A stretch of DNA of 64,000 bases from an uncultured archaeon (GTDB taxonomy: Archaea > Thermoplasmatota > Penumbrarchaeia > JASLWR01). This document shows, piece after piece, positions 8,565 to 17,794 of this stretch; position 1 is the first letter of the stretch; every line of letters begins with the position of its first letter. The notes beneath the pieces were generated by a model that saw nothing but the letters and a program-made list of their open reading frames with translations, was not told where the DNA came from and searched no databases. The stretch is taken from positions 32,001 through 96,000 of the forward strand of contig CAYFHS010000013.1 of the NCBI GenBank assembly GCA_964342815.1, in the 5' to 3' direction. The position numbers were made by a program, and so were the translations under genes.

Positions 8565-11500
8565 TCATTCCCATTCCACCTTCTCCAACCCCTCCACCAG
8601 TGCATTGTATATCCTCTCTCTTGCTTTTCCCGTAGATACCACCTCATGGGCCGTACCCACTATCTTCATTCGCTCCGCCGTGTTGTGTTTCCTGAATATT
8701 CGAATCCATTTCTTGACGTATTTGGGATACAATTCCTTTTCCCGTTCATCCAGCTTCTCATCTATATCCCTTACACGGTCCAGCTGGCCGGGATAGCGCT
8801 TCCTCTCATCATAGAGCTTGGCGAGAGCCGGGTCGTTTTTCCTCATATCCTTTCTTATCTCCCTCTCCACCAATGGTACCGATTCCATTCCCGACGGTTC
8901 CAGCACCGAGCCAGTGGCGTGCTCGTCCACGAGAAACTTTATATGATCGGGATTTATCTGGCTGTCCACCACCACCCACGCGCCGCCCCTGATCTCTGCG
9001 TAAGGCGGCATGTACAGTACAACTGGAAGATCATATTTCGACAGCTCGTCAACTATCATGGCTCCGTATTTCAGCACTTCCTCGAACAATTCCAGTTTGC
9101 CTCCCGCAAAACCCCGCCAGTTCGGCATTATGACAAGGGGCCGCCTCTCCCGCCTCATGAATTCGATCCACTGGGCCGTCTTGAAGGCCGAGTCGGGGTA
9201 CCAGACCTGCCCGAACTCCATTTTGTCCTTTGTTGCGGTGTCTGGGTCCGCCGGGTCGGCGGGAACGTGCTTGATCGAGGTTCCCGTTTCCACCGCTATG
9301 AAACCTATGGGCAGACCGCCCATGGTTGCCCGTCCCACGCGGACACCTCCGCCCCATTCAGCCATTTCTTCCTCTGCGCTGCCGCTGTCGAAGAGTATCT
9401 CCGCCAGCCTGAGGCCGTCATAGGATTTTGGCCGCTCCGCATCGGGGGCAGGTGGGCTGATAAGGCCGTTTGGCCCGATGAGAGCCTCCCCGATATCCCT
9501 TTCGATGGTATCATCGCAGCGGATCGACGGAGTTTTCTTTCCAACTACAGGCGGCAAACCCCGGATCCACCTCAGAAGGAGCCTGCATGCATCTCGCTCA
9601 TCCTCAGCTATGCGGTGACTGACACCGTTGGGACCCATAATCTCGGGACCTCCCAGTTCCCGGTTAGACGAAAATATCTTCTCACCGCCGTAAAGAGCAT
9701 TTAGAGCCCTGTAGCCGGTGAGGATTATTTCCGATTGCCTCGTCTGTATGACTCGCTTTAAAAGCCGAACGTTATAGGATATGATACCAGTACAGGTGTC
9801 GGTTATGATAGCCATGGTTGGCACGGAGTGGAATGCCATGGATGAAGCACGGGCCGTTCTTGCCGAGCCCGAAAGGTTCTCCTGGTTCAATTCAGGGGAG
9901 CTTTTTATTATCGAGCTTATTACCCACCGCCGCTGTTCAGTGCCGTTGATGATAACCTTTCTTTCATGGGCCTCGACATTATCGCCGTGTATACGGTAAT
10001 CCGGCTCAGTAAGATACAAATATTCTCCGTCAATATCCGCACGTATCCCCGGGACTCCTCCGATGATACTCGTGACAACATAACTTTCCTCGCCCCCTGT
10101 CTTTCCGCCAATCCGCGGGCGGGCCATTACCAGTGGTTTTAATAGCTTGTAATCAGAAGCGCTAAGGTACAGTTCATCGGATTCGTCATCATAGTTCAGG
10201 CTGTGGCTGACGAGACGATCCAACCCTATTCTAGCCCCGCTGCCCTCTGCAAAATAGACAAATGGAATTCCCTCGGCGGTGGCCAGCTCCGACGCAGCAG
10301 CGTAGGTCATATCTTCACGTATGGCCACGGAACCGCCACGAATGGTCATGTCTCCCGAAACTATTACAATATTCCGTCCTTTCGGAGCTTCAGGTGTTTT
10401 TATGTGGACCTTCCATACTACTATGGAAAGAATACTTCTCTCAGGAGCCCGCTCGATGGGGACGAGATGACACGAACGGTCAAGTATCAGTTCATTTGCA
10501 CTGAAGATATTGTCCGGTTTTGCCATACCGGATTCACCCCATATCTTTTCCAGCTCACCCTCTATGAGGGCAGGCCGGTCATACACGTAGACCTTCCCTC
10601 TGCTTCGGCGCGCCTGCCTCTTTCGATCCAGACGGTCCAGGTCGCGGTATAGCTCGTCAAGTTTCTGCCAAGCTTCTTCCGGAGGTGAGTAGTCAGCATC
10701 TTTCAGGCTGTGCTCAAATTCCTCATTGGGTATGATCGCTCTGGTAGGCTCGGACTCCCCGGGAAATGTGTGTTCCATGATAACATAAGGTTTGAATTGC
10801 AGCATCTGACCTGTGGGATTGTCCACAACTATCAAAATCTCCACGGATTTTTCCGGGCGATACGATGAATAAGCCCAGCCGTGTATCTCAGTACGGGTCA
10901 GGTCCACGTCTGCATAATCTCTTAGATGGTGCTGCATCTTCACAAGGATTCTCCGCGTCTCTGTCCAGGACAATCGTATGGGCCTCACGAACCTGAGGTA
11001 TATCTGATTATTATGTGTCTTAGCCCCCGTAGCCGCATAGGATATGCGGAGATGGCGGAGCGAAGCCCGGAACGCCTCCTTGGCTGCAGGGAACGTGGGT
11101 CCATCCTCCCCCATGACAATGCGGGAATTGCGGATCATGGTCCTAACGTAAATTCGATTCTCTATTTCCGGATAATCCCGACCCCTTGGATTTTGTTTCA
11201 AGTAATGATAAAGGTGTACGTTCATATCGCTGGACGGTAGTTTAGCCATGTAATTCGCAAATGGTTCAAGCTGCCTTATGTTTAGAACATGACCCAGTGA
11301 CGGGTGAAGGTCCCTATAAAGCCGGTCTTCAACATATTCCCCATCCTTGCCAAGGGGTCGGAATGTATAAAGACCGGGATAGTTCTCGTTGCTGTCCCGC
11401 ACCACAAAGGTTATCCTTCGTAGCATTGCGTGCCCCAGAGAGTTATTTATCGTATCTCTGAGAATGGCGGATAACTGGTCGCTGTCGGCAGCATCCGATG

Positions 11501-14500
11501 GTCTCGAGATAAGCAACTCTATTACGTCGTCGAGATGTGGTGAGTCCGGTTCGCTTAACCACATGCTTTCCAGTTTTGAGTATAATCGGAGTAATAGCTC
11601 TTCCATGGTTTCCCCAGGCAGTACCAAGCTCACCAATCCAATCCTGAAATGATTCGACCTCTCATCCCGGAACCTCCAAATATACGTCCTTTTACCTTCT
11701 GGCGATTTCTCATAAACGCAGCTAAGGTCCGGGTGCCGCCTGTAAGCTCTGAGAATTATTAGCTTTCCTGCCAACCTCCTCAATCCGGTCCTGCCGGTGA
11801 GCAGGTATCCGATTAGCCGTCCCATAAATGATTCGGAGGCCTCCATGAGAGCGCCGATGATCCGCTCCTTAGCTTCCTTATCCCCCGACTCTTCCGCTTC
11901 GAGGATCTGCTCCATCATTTCATCAAGGTCCTGAGAGGTTCCCGATTTAAGGGAAAGAAGATAAAGAAGTTCTTCCGCCTTTGCCACTATCTCTCGATAC
12001 TGGTCGTTGTAACCCAAGGATACAACTGCTTTAAGATCGTCGGCAATGCTCCGATAATCCATCACCGACAAACCGTCGAGGAGGCGAGAGAGGACATAAC
12101 GCTTCAAATCGAGCTGGGCGTGGGAGCGAGCTAACGTGTGAAAATCCACTGGATCATTGATAATATCGATGGCCTCGAGCGCAGCGGCAACATTCACACC
12201 GCCGCTGAAATGCCTCTCGTCCCGATAGAAACGTTCGCTCAGTGTAGAAAGAAATGAAATCCATTCACTCTCGTTAACAACCTCTCTGAGTCGGAGCGAC
12301 TCTTCCAAGAGAAGCTCGACAATTGCCGCAGGATATGAATACCCGCTCAGGATGAACTCCAGCGGTTCACGAAGTGAATTAAGAGCTATAGGTGGAGAAA
12401 TGGAACGGAATTGAGCAAGGGTTACTTCCTTGTTTTCGCCTAACAGAGAATACCACAAATCCTCTATTCGTTTATCCGGTACTACCTTTGTTTCCTCCCT
12501 GCATATCTCATTATCCGTCTCCCCTTCGAAGCGGACAAGTATGGCACCGGCTTCCACACTGTCCCCTGTCTTAACAAGGATCTCTGAAACCATTCCTTCG
12601 AGTGGGGTTTCGAGAGATGTGATCATTTTCATCGCTTCGAGGCTCAGAAGAGTGTCGCCTTCCTCCACTCTAGATCCGGCTTCCACAAGAATTTCGGTAA
12701 CTGTCCCACTGAGCGGAGCTCTAAAAGTCGTTGGATCAAGGTCTGTGGTGAATGTTGTTGTACGTCCCCCTATCTCGATATGACTTTCTACCACCTCATC
12801 TGTGCGATATACTCTGAGAATCTCACCGCCGGCCTCGAAGAGATAACTTCCAAACGGGTCATTCTCCCAGAAACGCACAGATGCGGTCATACCGCACAAT
12901 GTAACGTTATACAGATCCACCCCCGCCTCGCGGACGTAGATCTCATAGATATTGCCTCTGTACCGGACTCTCGTAATGGAAGTATTGGCCATTAGCGTAG
13001 GTCGAATCGTCTGACCGGTTTTAATACAAGAAAGAAACTGCATCCTCAGGTCCGCTTTCCTCACGTTCAGGTCAATAAGTGCCATTGCCATAAGTGCAAG
13101 ATCAGGCCTTTCAGTAACACTACCCACGGCGGAATCTCTCTTCTTTATGATTTCCGGGACCCAGCCCGTATGTATATTTTTACCGTCAATGTATTCGGGA
13201 TCTCGCAACAGGTCCATGGCGAAACCCGTGGACGTAAGTATTCCCCTGTATCGGAGTCGATCCAGGAAGGAGATCATGTGCAGTCTTGCTTCCTCCCGGT
13301 TCTTTCCTTTGGATACCACATGGCCGATCTGACTGTCGGCAAAAGAATGAACCATTCCTCCCGGCCCATGACTGAAATAATAGCGAGGAGTATTGGGATC
13401 CGTGGGCGGTATTTCAATATCCTTCACAGTTCCTGACTGAGGGCTGAATCCCGCGTCGGGATTTTCCGCTAATAACCGGACCGATAGGCTGTGCCCGTAG
13501 GAGGTAAAATCCAAGCCGCGGTTCCTCAATTCGGGGGACAGCGGAATTCCCATGGCTACCTTCAACTGTTCGACCACCAGGTCAAGACCCGGAATGAGTG
13601 CTTCCGTTGCGATGTGTTCCACCTGCAGACGTGTATTCATTTCCATGAAATACGGATTTCCTCGGTCGTCCACCAGGAACTCCACCGTTCCAGCACCCTG
13701 GTATCCAACCGAAATAGCGGCGGACACGGATGCTTTACGAATACGTTGGCGGGTTTCTTCTGAAATGGGTATGCCGACCCCTGCTTCCTCGATCAGTTTC
13801 TGATTATGCCGCTGTATGGAGCATTCGCGTTCACCTAGTGCCACCACGTTCCCATGACAGTCCGCCAGTATCTGTTCCTCCACGTGGCGGATTCCTCCGA
13901 TTGCAGCTTTTTCCATAAAGACTACTTCGTTTCCGAAGGCTGCCCTGGATTCCGCACGAGCCGCGTTGAAGCCGCTTTCAAGCTCGCCCCTATTATTAAC
14001 GAAGCGGATACCACGCCCACCCCCGCCAGCGGTGGCTTTTATTGCCACGGGAAACCCGATCCTCCTTGAAATCTCTGCTGCTCTACCGAAGGTATGCACG
14101 CCGAAATTATCGTATGCAATCCGGTACAGGTCCCCCTTCATCTCGAGTATTTTTTCCCCGCCCCTTGTGAATAATAACTTTTCGATTTCATCAATCTTGT
14201 TTATATTATCCTGGATGACGTCGTAGCTCCCGCTCCACCTCAGCATGGGAACCCCTGCAGCCTGCATGATCAATTTTGACATGATCTTGTCGCCCATGGC
14301 TCTCATGGCGTTGACCGGCGGACCGATGAAAACGAGACCTCTATCATGAACTTTCTTGGCGAACTCAACATTCTCGGCAAGATGACCCCAACCAACGGCA
14401 ACTGAGTCGCATCGGTACTCTTGGGCGATTCGAAGCACCTTGTCCTGGTTCTGGTATGTATCCGTAGGACGGGTCCCGTCCAGTCGTGCGATCTCGATAC

Positions 14501-14891
14501 CGAATTGTTTCAGATACCCGGGTCGTCCCACTGCATCTTCGTTGCTATCACCGATCCAATCGGCATCGGAGGCCAGGGCTACGATCTGGATGAGATTTGA
14601 GTTTGTGCCCCCGGATATAATATAGGAAAGTGATTTTATACCCTGGATGAGACGCAGGGCGGACAAGCCGTTATTAACGATAAGAATTCGGCAGAAAGTT
14701 CTTTCCGGCATGCCGCTTTGTTCCTCAATAAAATTTCTAATAACAGAAATACTATTTTTTGTCTTATGAGAAAGTGTATTGGAAGATCCCGTCTTTCCTT
14801 TGATTTTTTTTTCCAGAACTGCGTTCATTTTATCACACGGATGCGGGATGACATCTCGGCATTTACTTGCCGTATTAAAGCTTTGCCTCAC
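8565..14891 (-). CDS. acc: Single-chain, eukaryotic-type acetyl-CoA carboxylase (BC-BT-BCCP-ACC central-CT), 2108 aa
   Basis: BC: ILIVNNG, GWGHLAEN, GDKIMSK, IKATAGGGGRGIR, RECSIQRHNQKLIEEA, EMNTRLQVEH, FADSQIGH. Biotinyl motif EAMKM. Central domain: RAYRR, RRITFV, YPGLYTF, EDRLYRDLHPSL. CT: KTPEAPKGR, SGARIGL, ENLSGS, LGGPEIMGPNGVSH, GQVWYPDSAFKTAQ, NWRGFAGG, AEIRGGAWVVVDSQINPD, VLEPSG. Start could be GTG 14891 or ATG 14828. Confidence 0.95.
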   Translation of the reverse strand: MRQSFNTASKCRDVIPHPCDKMNAVLEKKIKGKTGSSNTLSHKTKNSISVIRNFIEEQSGMPERTFCRILIVNNGLSALRLIQGIKSLSYIISGGTNSNLIQIVALASDADWIGDSNEDAVGRPGYLKQFGIEIARLDGTRPTDTYQNQDKVLRIAQEYRCDSVAVGWGHLAENVEFAKKVHDRGLVFIGPPVNAMRAMGDKIMSKLIMQAAGVPMLRWSGSYDVIQDNINKIDEIEKLLFTRGGEKILEMKGDLYRIAYDNFGVHTFGRAAEISRRIGFPVAIKATAGGGGRGIRFVNNRGELESGFNAARAESRAAFGNEVVFMEKAAIGGIRHVEEQILADCHGNVVALGERECSIQRHNQKLIEEAGVGIPISEETRQRIRKASVSAAISVGYQGAGTVEFLVDDRGNPYFMEMNTRLQVEHIATEALIPGLDLVVEQLKVAMGIPLSPELRNRGLDFTSYGHSLSVRLLAENPDAGFSPQSGTVKDIEIPPTDPNTPRYYFSHGPGGMVHSFADSQIGHVVSKGKNREEARLHMISFLDRLRYRGILTSTGFAMDLLRDPEYIDGKNIHTGWVPEIIKKRDSAVGSVTERPDLALMAMALIDLNVRKADLRMQFLSCIKTGQTIRPTLMANTSITRVRYRGNIYEIYVREAGVDLYNVTLCGMTASVRFWENDPFGSYLFEAGGEILRVYRTDEVVESHIEIGGRTTTFTTDLDPTTFRAPLSGTVTEILVEAGSRVEEGDTLLSLEAMKMITSLETPLEGMVSEILVKTGDSVEAGAILVRFEGETDNEICREETKVVPDKRIEDLWYSLLGENKEVTLAQFRSISPPIALNSLREPLEFILSGYSYPAAIVELLLEESLRLREVVNESEWISFLSTLSERFYRDERHFSGGVNVAAALEAIDIINDPVDFHTLARSHAQLDLKRYVLSRLLDGLSVMDYRSIADDLKAVVSLGYNDQYREIVAKAEELLYLLSLKSGTSQDLDEMMEQILEAEESGDKEAKERIIGALMEASESFMGRLIGYLLTGRTGLRRLAGKLIILRAYRRHPDLSCVYEKSPEGKRTYIWRFRDERSNHFRIGLVSLVLPGETMEELLLRLYSKLESMWLSEPDSPHLDDVIELLISRPSDAADSDQLSAILRDTINNSLGHAMLRRITFVVRDSNENYPGLYTFRPLGKDGEYVEDRLYRDLHPSLGHVLNIRQLEPFANYMAKLPSSDMNVHLYHYLKQNPRGRDYPEIENRIYVRTMIRNSRIVMGEDGPTFPAAKEAFRASLRHLRISYAATGAKTHNNQIYLRFVRPIRLSWTETRRILVKMQHHLRDYADVDLTRTEIHGWAYSSYRPEKSVEILIVVDNPTGQMLQFKPYVIMEHTFPGESEPTRAIIPNEEFEHSLKDADYSPPEEAWQKLDELYRDLDRLDRKRQARRSRGKVYVYDRPALIEGELEKIWGESGMAKPDNIFSANELILDRSCHLVPIERAPERSILSIVVWKVHIKTPEAPKGRNIVIVSGDMTIRGGSVAIREDMTYAAASELATAEGIPFVYFAEGSGARIGLDRLVSHSLNYDDESDELYLSASDYKLLKPLVMARPRIGGKTGGEESYVVTSIIGGVPGIRADIDGEYLYLTEPDYRIHGDNVEAHERKVIINGTEQRRWVISSIIKSSPELNQENLSGSARTARASSMAFHSVPTMAIITDTCTGIISYNVRLLKRVIQTRQSEIILTGYRALNALYGGEKIFSSNRELGGPEIMGPNGVSHRIAEDERDACRLLLRWIRGLPPVVGKKTPSIRCDDTIERDIGEALIGPNGLISPPAPDAERPKSYDGLRLAEILFDSGSAEEEMAEWGGGVRVGRATMGGLPIGFIAVETGTSIKHVPADPADPDTATKDKMEFGQVWYPDSAFKTAQWIEFMRRERRPLVIMPNWRGFAGGKLELFEEVLKYGAMIVDELSKYDLPVVLYMPPYAEIRGGAWVVVDSQINPDHIKFLVDEHATGSVLEPSGMESVPLVEREIRKDMRKNDPALAKLYDERKRYPGQLDRVRDIDEKLDEREKELYPKYVKKWIRIFRKHNTAERMKIVGTAHEVVSTGKARERIYNALVEGLEKVEWE

Positions 14892-15016
14892 TATTAACCA
14901 AGCTGTTCAGTAAAATGAGTAATTTCAACCATTAAATGAAACCGATAAAAAAAGATAATAGGAAGGTCCGTATCACGTGGTACAGTAGTCGTTAACAATA
15001 ACTAGAAGGTGTACTG

Positions 15017-16249
15017 ATGGATCTGAATGATGTATTTCAAAGGATAGACGATTATTCGCAACAGATGTATGACACGTTGATGGACGTGTGCAAAATAAAG
15101 GCTCTGGCTCCCGAGAATGAGGGTGACGGAGAACTCGATAAAGCCGAATTCCTGATCAAAGTGCTCAAGGATTCCGGGATCGAAGACGCTAGGATAATTA
15201 AAGCACCGGACGCAAGGGTGACCTGTGGATTCAGACCAAACGTCATCGCAGTTCTCGAAGGCAGCAGGCCGGAGCTGGGTACCATATGGTCCGTTGCTCA
15301 TATCGATGTGGTGCCGCCGGGGGACCTGGGGCTCTGGAACACGGAGCCATATGAGCCGGTGGAAACAGACGAAAAGATAATCGGAAGAGGGGTGGAGGAC
15401 AACACCCAGTCATTGATCGCCTCGCTATTTGCCGCCCGTGCGGTCAGGGATTCCGGGATAGGTCATGAATACAATATCGGGCTCGCCTTTGTGGCAGACG
15501 AGGAAGTCGGCTCAAAGTACGGCATCAAATATCTGGTGGAGAACACCGAGCTATTCGACCGGGAGAAGGACCTCATCGTGGTCCCCGATTCGGGAAATCC
15601 GGAAAGCGATTTCGTGGAGGTTTCCGAGAAGAGCATCATGTGGTTAAAGGTCACCACCACGGGAAAACAATGTCACGCATCAAGCCCCGAGCGGGGCAAT
15701 AACGCTTACCGTGCCGCAATGAAATTCTTGCTGAAGGCTGACGAGTATCTACACGAAAGATACGGACTTTCCGATCCGCTATTCGATCCTCCGATCTCCA
15801 CCTTCGAGCCAACGAAGAAGCTGGCTAACGTCGGAAACGTGAACACAATACCCGGTGAGGATGTTTCCTATTTCGATATGAGGATCCTTCCCGATTACGA
15901 TCCCGATGCGATCCTTGCGGACATGGAGGAGATCGCCCGTGAGATTGAACAGGAGACCGGAGTAACGATAAATTTCGAAAAGGAGAATTACGACCGGGCG
16001 GCACCGCCGACGCCTCCGGATGCCCCGGTGGTGAAAAAGCTCATGAAGGCGATAAAGAGGGTATATGACAATCAGCCGAAACCGGGGGGGATCGGCGGAG
16101 GCACTTGCGCAGCCATCTTCAGAAGGGCGGGGTACAATGCCGTGGTCTGGAGCACCATTGACGAACAGGCTCACGCGCCCAACGAGTACATCTACAAGAA
16201 GAATCTTATCAATGACAGTAAGGTATTCGCTACGCTTTTTACCGAATGA
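15017..16249 (+). CDS. M20 family metallopeptidase (DapE/ArgE-like)
   Basis: AHIDVVPPG, GRGVEDN, ADEEVGS, EKSIMW...GKQCHAS, NVNTIPG, GGGTCA, QAHAPNEY metal-ligand pattern. Confidence 0.9.
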   Translation: MDLNDVFQRIDDYSQQMYDTLMDVCKIKALAPENEGDGELDKAEFLIKVLKDSGIEDARIIKAPDARVTCGFRPNVIAVLEGSRPELGTIWSVAHIDVVPPGDLGLWNTEPYEPVETDEKIIGRGVEDNTQSLIASLFAARAVRDSGIGHEYNIGLAFVADEEVGSKYGIKYLVENTELFDREKDLIVVPDSGNPESDFVEVSEKSIMWLKVTTTGKQCHASSPERGNNAYRAAMKFLLKADEYLHERYGLSDPLFDPPISTFEPTKKLANVGNVNTIPGEDVSYFDMRILPDYDPDAILADMEEIAREIEQETGVTINFEKENYDRAAPPTPPDAPVVKKLMKAIKRVYDNQPKPGGIGGGTCAAIFRRAGYNAVVWSTIDEQAHAPNEYIYKKNLINDSKVFATLFTE

Positions 16250-16338
16250 GTTAAGGAAATTATGATTCGATGTTCACAACTATAGAGAATGCTATCTTCG
16301 GAGTAAAATTCACGGAGACGTAGAATCCGGATCAACGC

Positions 16339-16809
16339 TCAAAGGAAGACGTTTTTCTTGATCTCCGACCTTGTTATGGTGCCGTCTTCACCGATAGCTA
16401 TGATATATGACCAATCATCTTTTCTTTTAAAAAAACGTGAAGAATCGGTTAGGTTATCCGTCTTCGAAAATCGGACATCTCCGCTGGGATGAAAATGTAT
16501 GACCACCTGTATAATATTGGGTTTCAAATATTTTCTATAACTTATGGGAGCGTCACAACTATTAAACGTACCAACATCCCCAATTTCGTAATCGATCAGT
16601 TGATTGGTACCTCTATCGATAAAAGCTATAGCACATGCCTCTCTCCATTGATTCATCCTGCAGAATTCAATTAATTTTTTTTCCACCTTAAAAAGGCTTC
16701 TCAATTTCTCCGAGTTGAAAAAATCCTTAATCGATTTTCTAACTCCTACCGGATTTAATACGGGGTCCCTGTTCTCTATTTGGTTTAGTATTTTATACAA
16801 TACCTTCAC
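16339..16809 (-). CDS. JAB/MPN+ (RadC-like) domain protein
   Basis: REAC (catalytic Glu) followed by IHFHPSGDVRFSKTD, matching HxHPSx(5)SxxD. Confidence 0.72.
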   Translation of the reverse strand: MKVLYKILNQIENRDPVLNPVGVRKSIKDFFNSEKLRSLFKVEKKLIEFCRMNQWREACAIAFIDRGTNQLIDYEIGDVGTFNSCDAPISYRKYLKPNIIQVVIHFHPSGDVRFSKTDNLTDSSRFFKRKDDWSYIIAIGEDGTITRSEIKKNVFL

Positions 16810-17035
16810 CTGCTGTGAATTCCAATTTTATCAAATGGTGGACTGTGGCCATTATGCGATTTACTTCGATGTTAATTCATTTACTACTATAAAATTGTAT
16901 GGGTTTTGAGTTAAAAAGAGAAGGTGCACAAACAGGTCCGATGCTGTAACAAGGATTTACGCTCGGGGTAAATGATTCATTGATCGTAGATATCCGAACA
17001 AGTTCTTAAGGATTCATCAGGTGTGGATTTGATAG

Positions 17036-17695
17036 TTATTCTAGATCACCCCCATAACCGCAAAATGGACAAACCAAATCTGCCAAACCAAGATCACTAT
17101 CCTCTTTTTCAAAATCCTTATTACAATTTGGGCAGGTAAGTTCAAATTTCTCATCTTCTACTACTTCAAATTCAATGGGTTCTACTTCGGTTGACATCAT
17201 TTGCTCATTAATTGCAGATTCTTTTTCTTTTAAAAATGCATTTTTCACCCGATCACTTGACAGATATAACATAATAATACCGTTAATCGCCAAGGCGATA
17301 ATACTTGAAAAACAATCACTCGTGAAAGGTATTTCATCGGATCTATTTTGAAAGGCTCCAACCAGTACGCTAGTGAATAAATTATATATTATTCCAATTA
17401 TTGAAAGAATTAATAGGCTTATTGTCGCAATTCTCGCCCATTCCTTTCCTTTCCATAAATAAATTGCAGAAATAAATCCAAATACCAACAAAAGAAAGCT
17501 TATGAACAAAAACGCGGCAATTGATAAAGTTAGATCAATTGATGGTACATAATCAGATAGCGATAAGACAAAGTTGATGAAAATAAATATAAATGCTAAA
17601 TAAAGGAGAGATAGCGAATACATGATGCACAATAATACAGATACTACTTTTACACCAGTTGGGAAAGTTCGTCTCATGTCATCTCCATACATCAT
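17036..17695 (-). CDS. Hypothetical 4-TM membrane protein with C-terminal Zn ribbon
   Basis: Four hydrophobic segments; CPNC...CPFC at the C-terminus. Confidence 0.75.
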   Translation of the reverse strand: MMYGDDMRRTFPTGVKVVSVLLCIMYSLSLLYLAFIFIFINFVLSLSDYVPSIDLTLSIAAFLFISFLLLVFGFISAIYLWKGKEWARIATISLLILSIIGIIYNLFTSVLVGAFQNRSDEIPFTSDCFSSIIALAINGIIMLYLSSDRVKNAFLKEKESAINEQMMSTEVEPIEFEVVEDEKFELTCPNCNKDFEKEDSDLGLADLVCPFCGYGGDLE

Positions 17696-17794
17696 TCCTT
17701 ATCTTATATATTATTTCCATTCTGTGACACAAAAATAATCACGTGTCAGGTGTGAAACTAATGTTTTCAATACCCATCTTGCAATTGGAAATTA

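Noticed and set aside
8385-9704. 439-aa plus-strand ORF and other short ORFs overlapping the ACC gene
   Set aside because: Antisense shadows of the long, motif-rich ACC ORF; no recognisable domain; runs through the intergenic hairpin element
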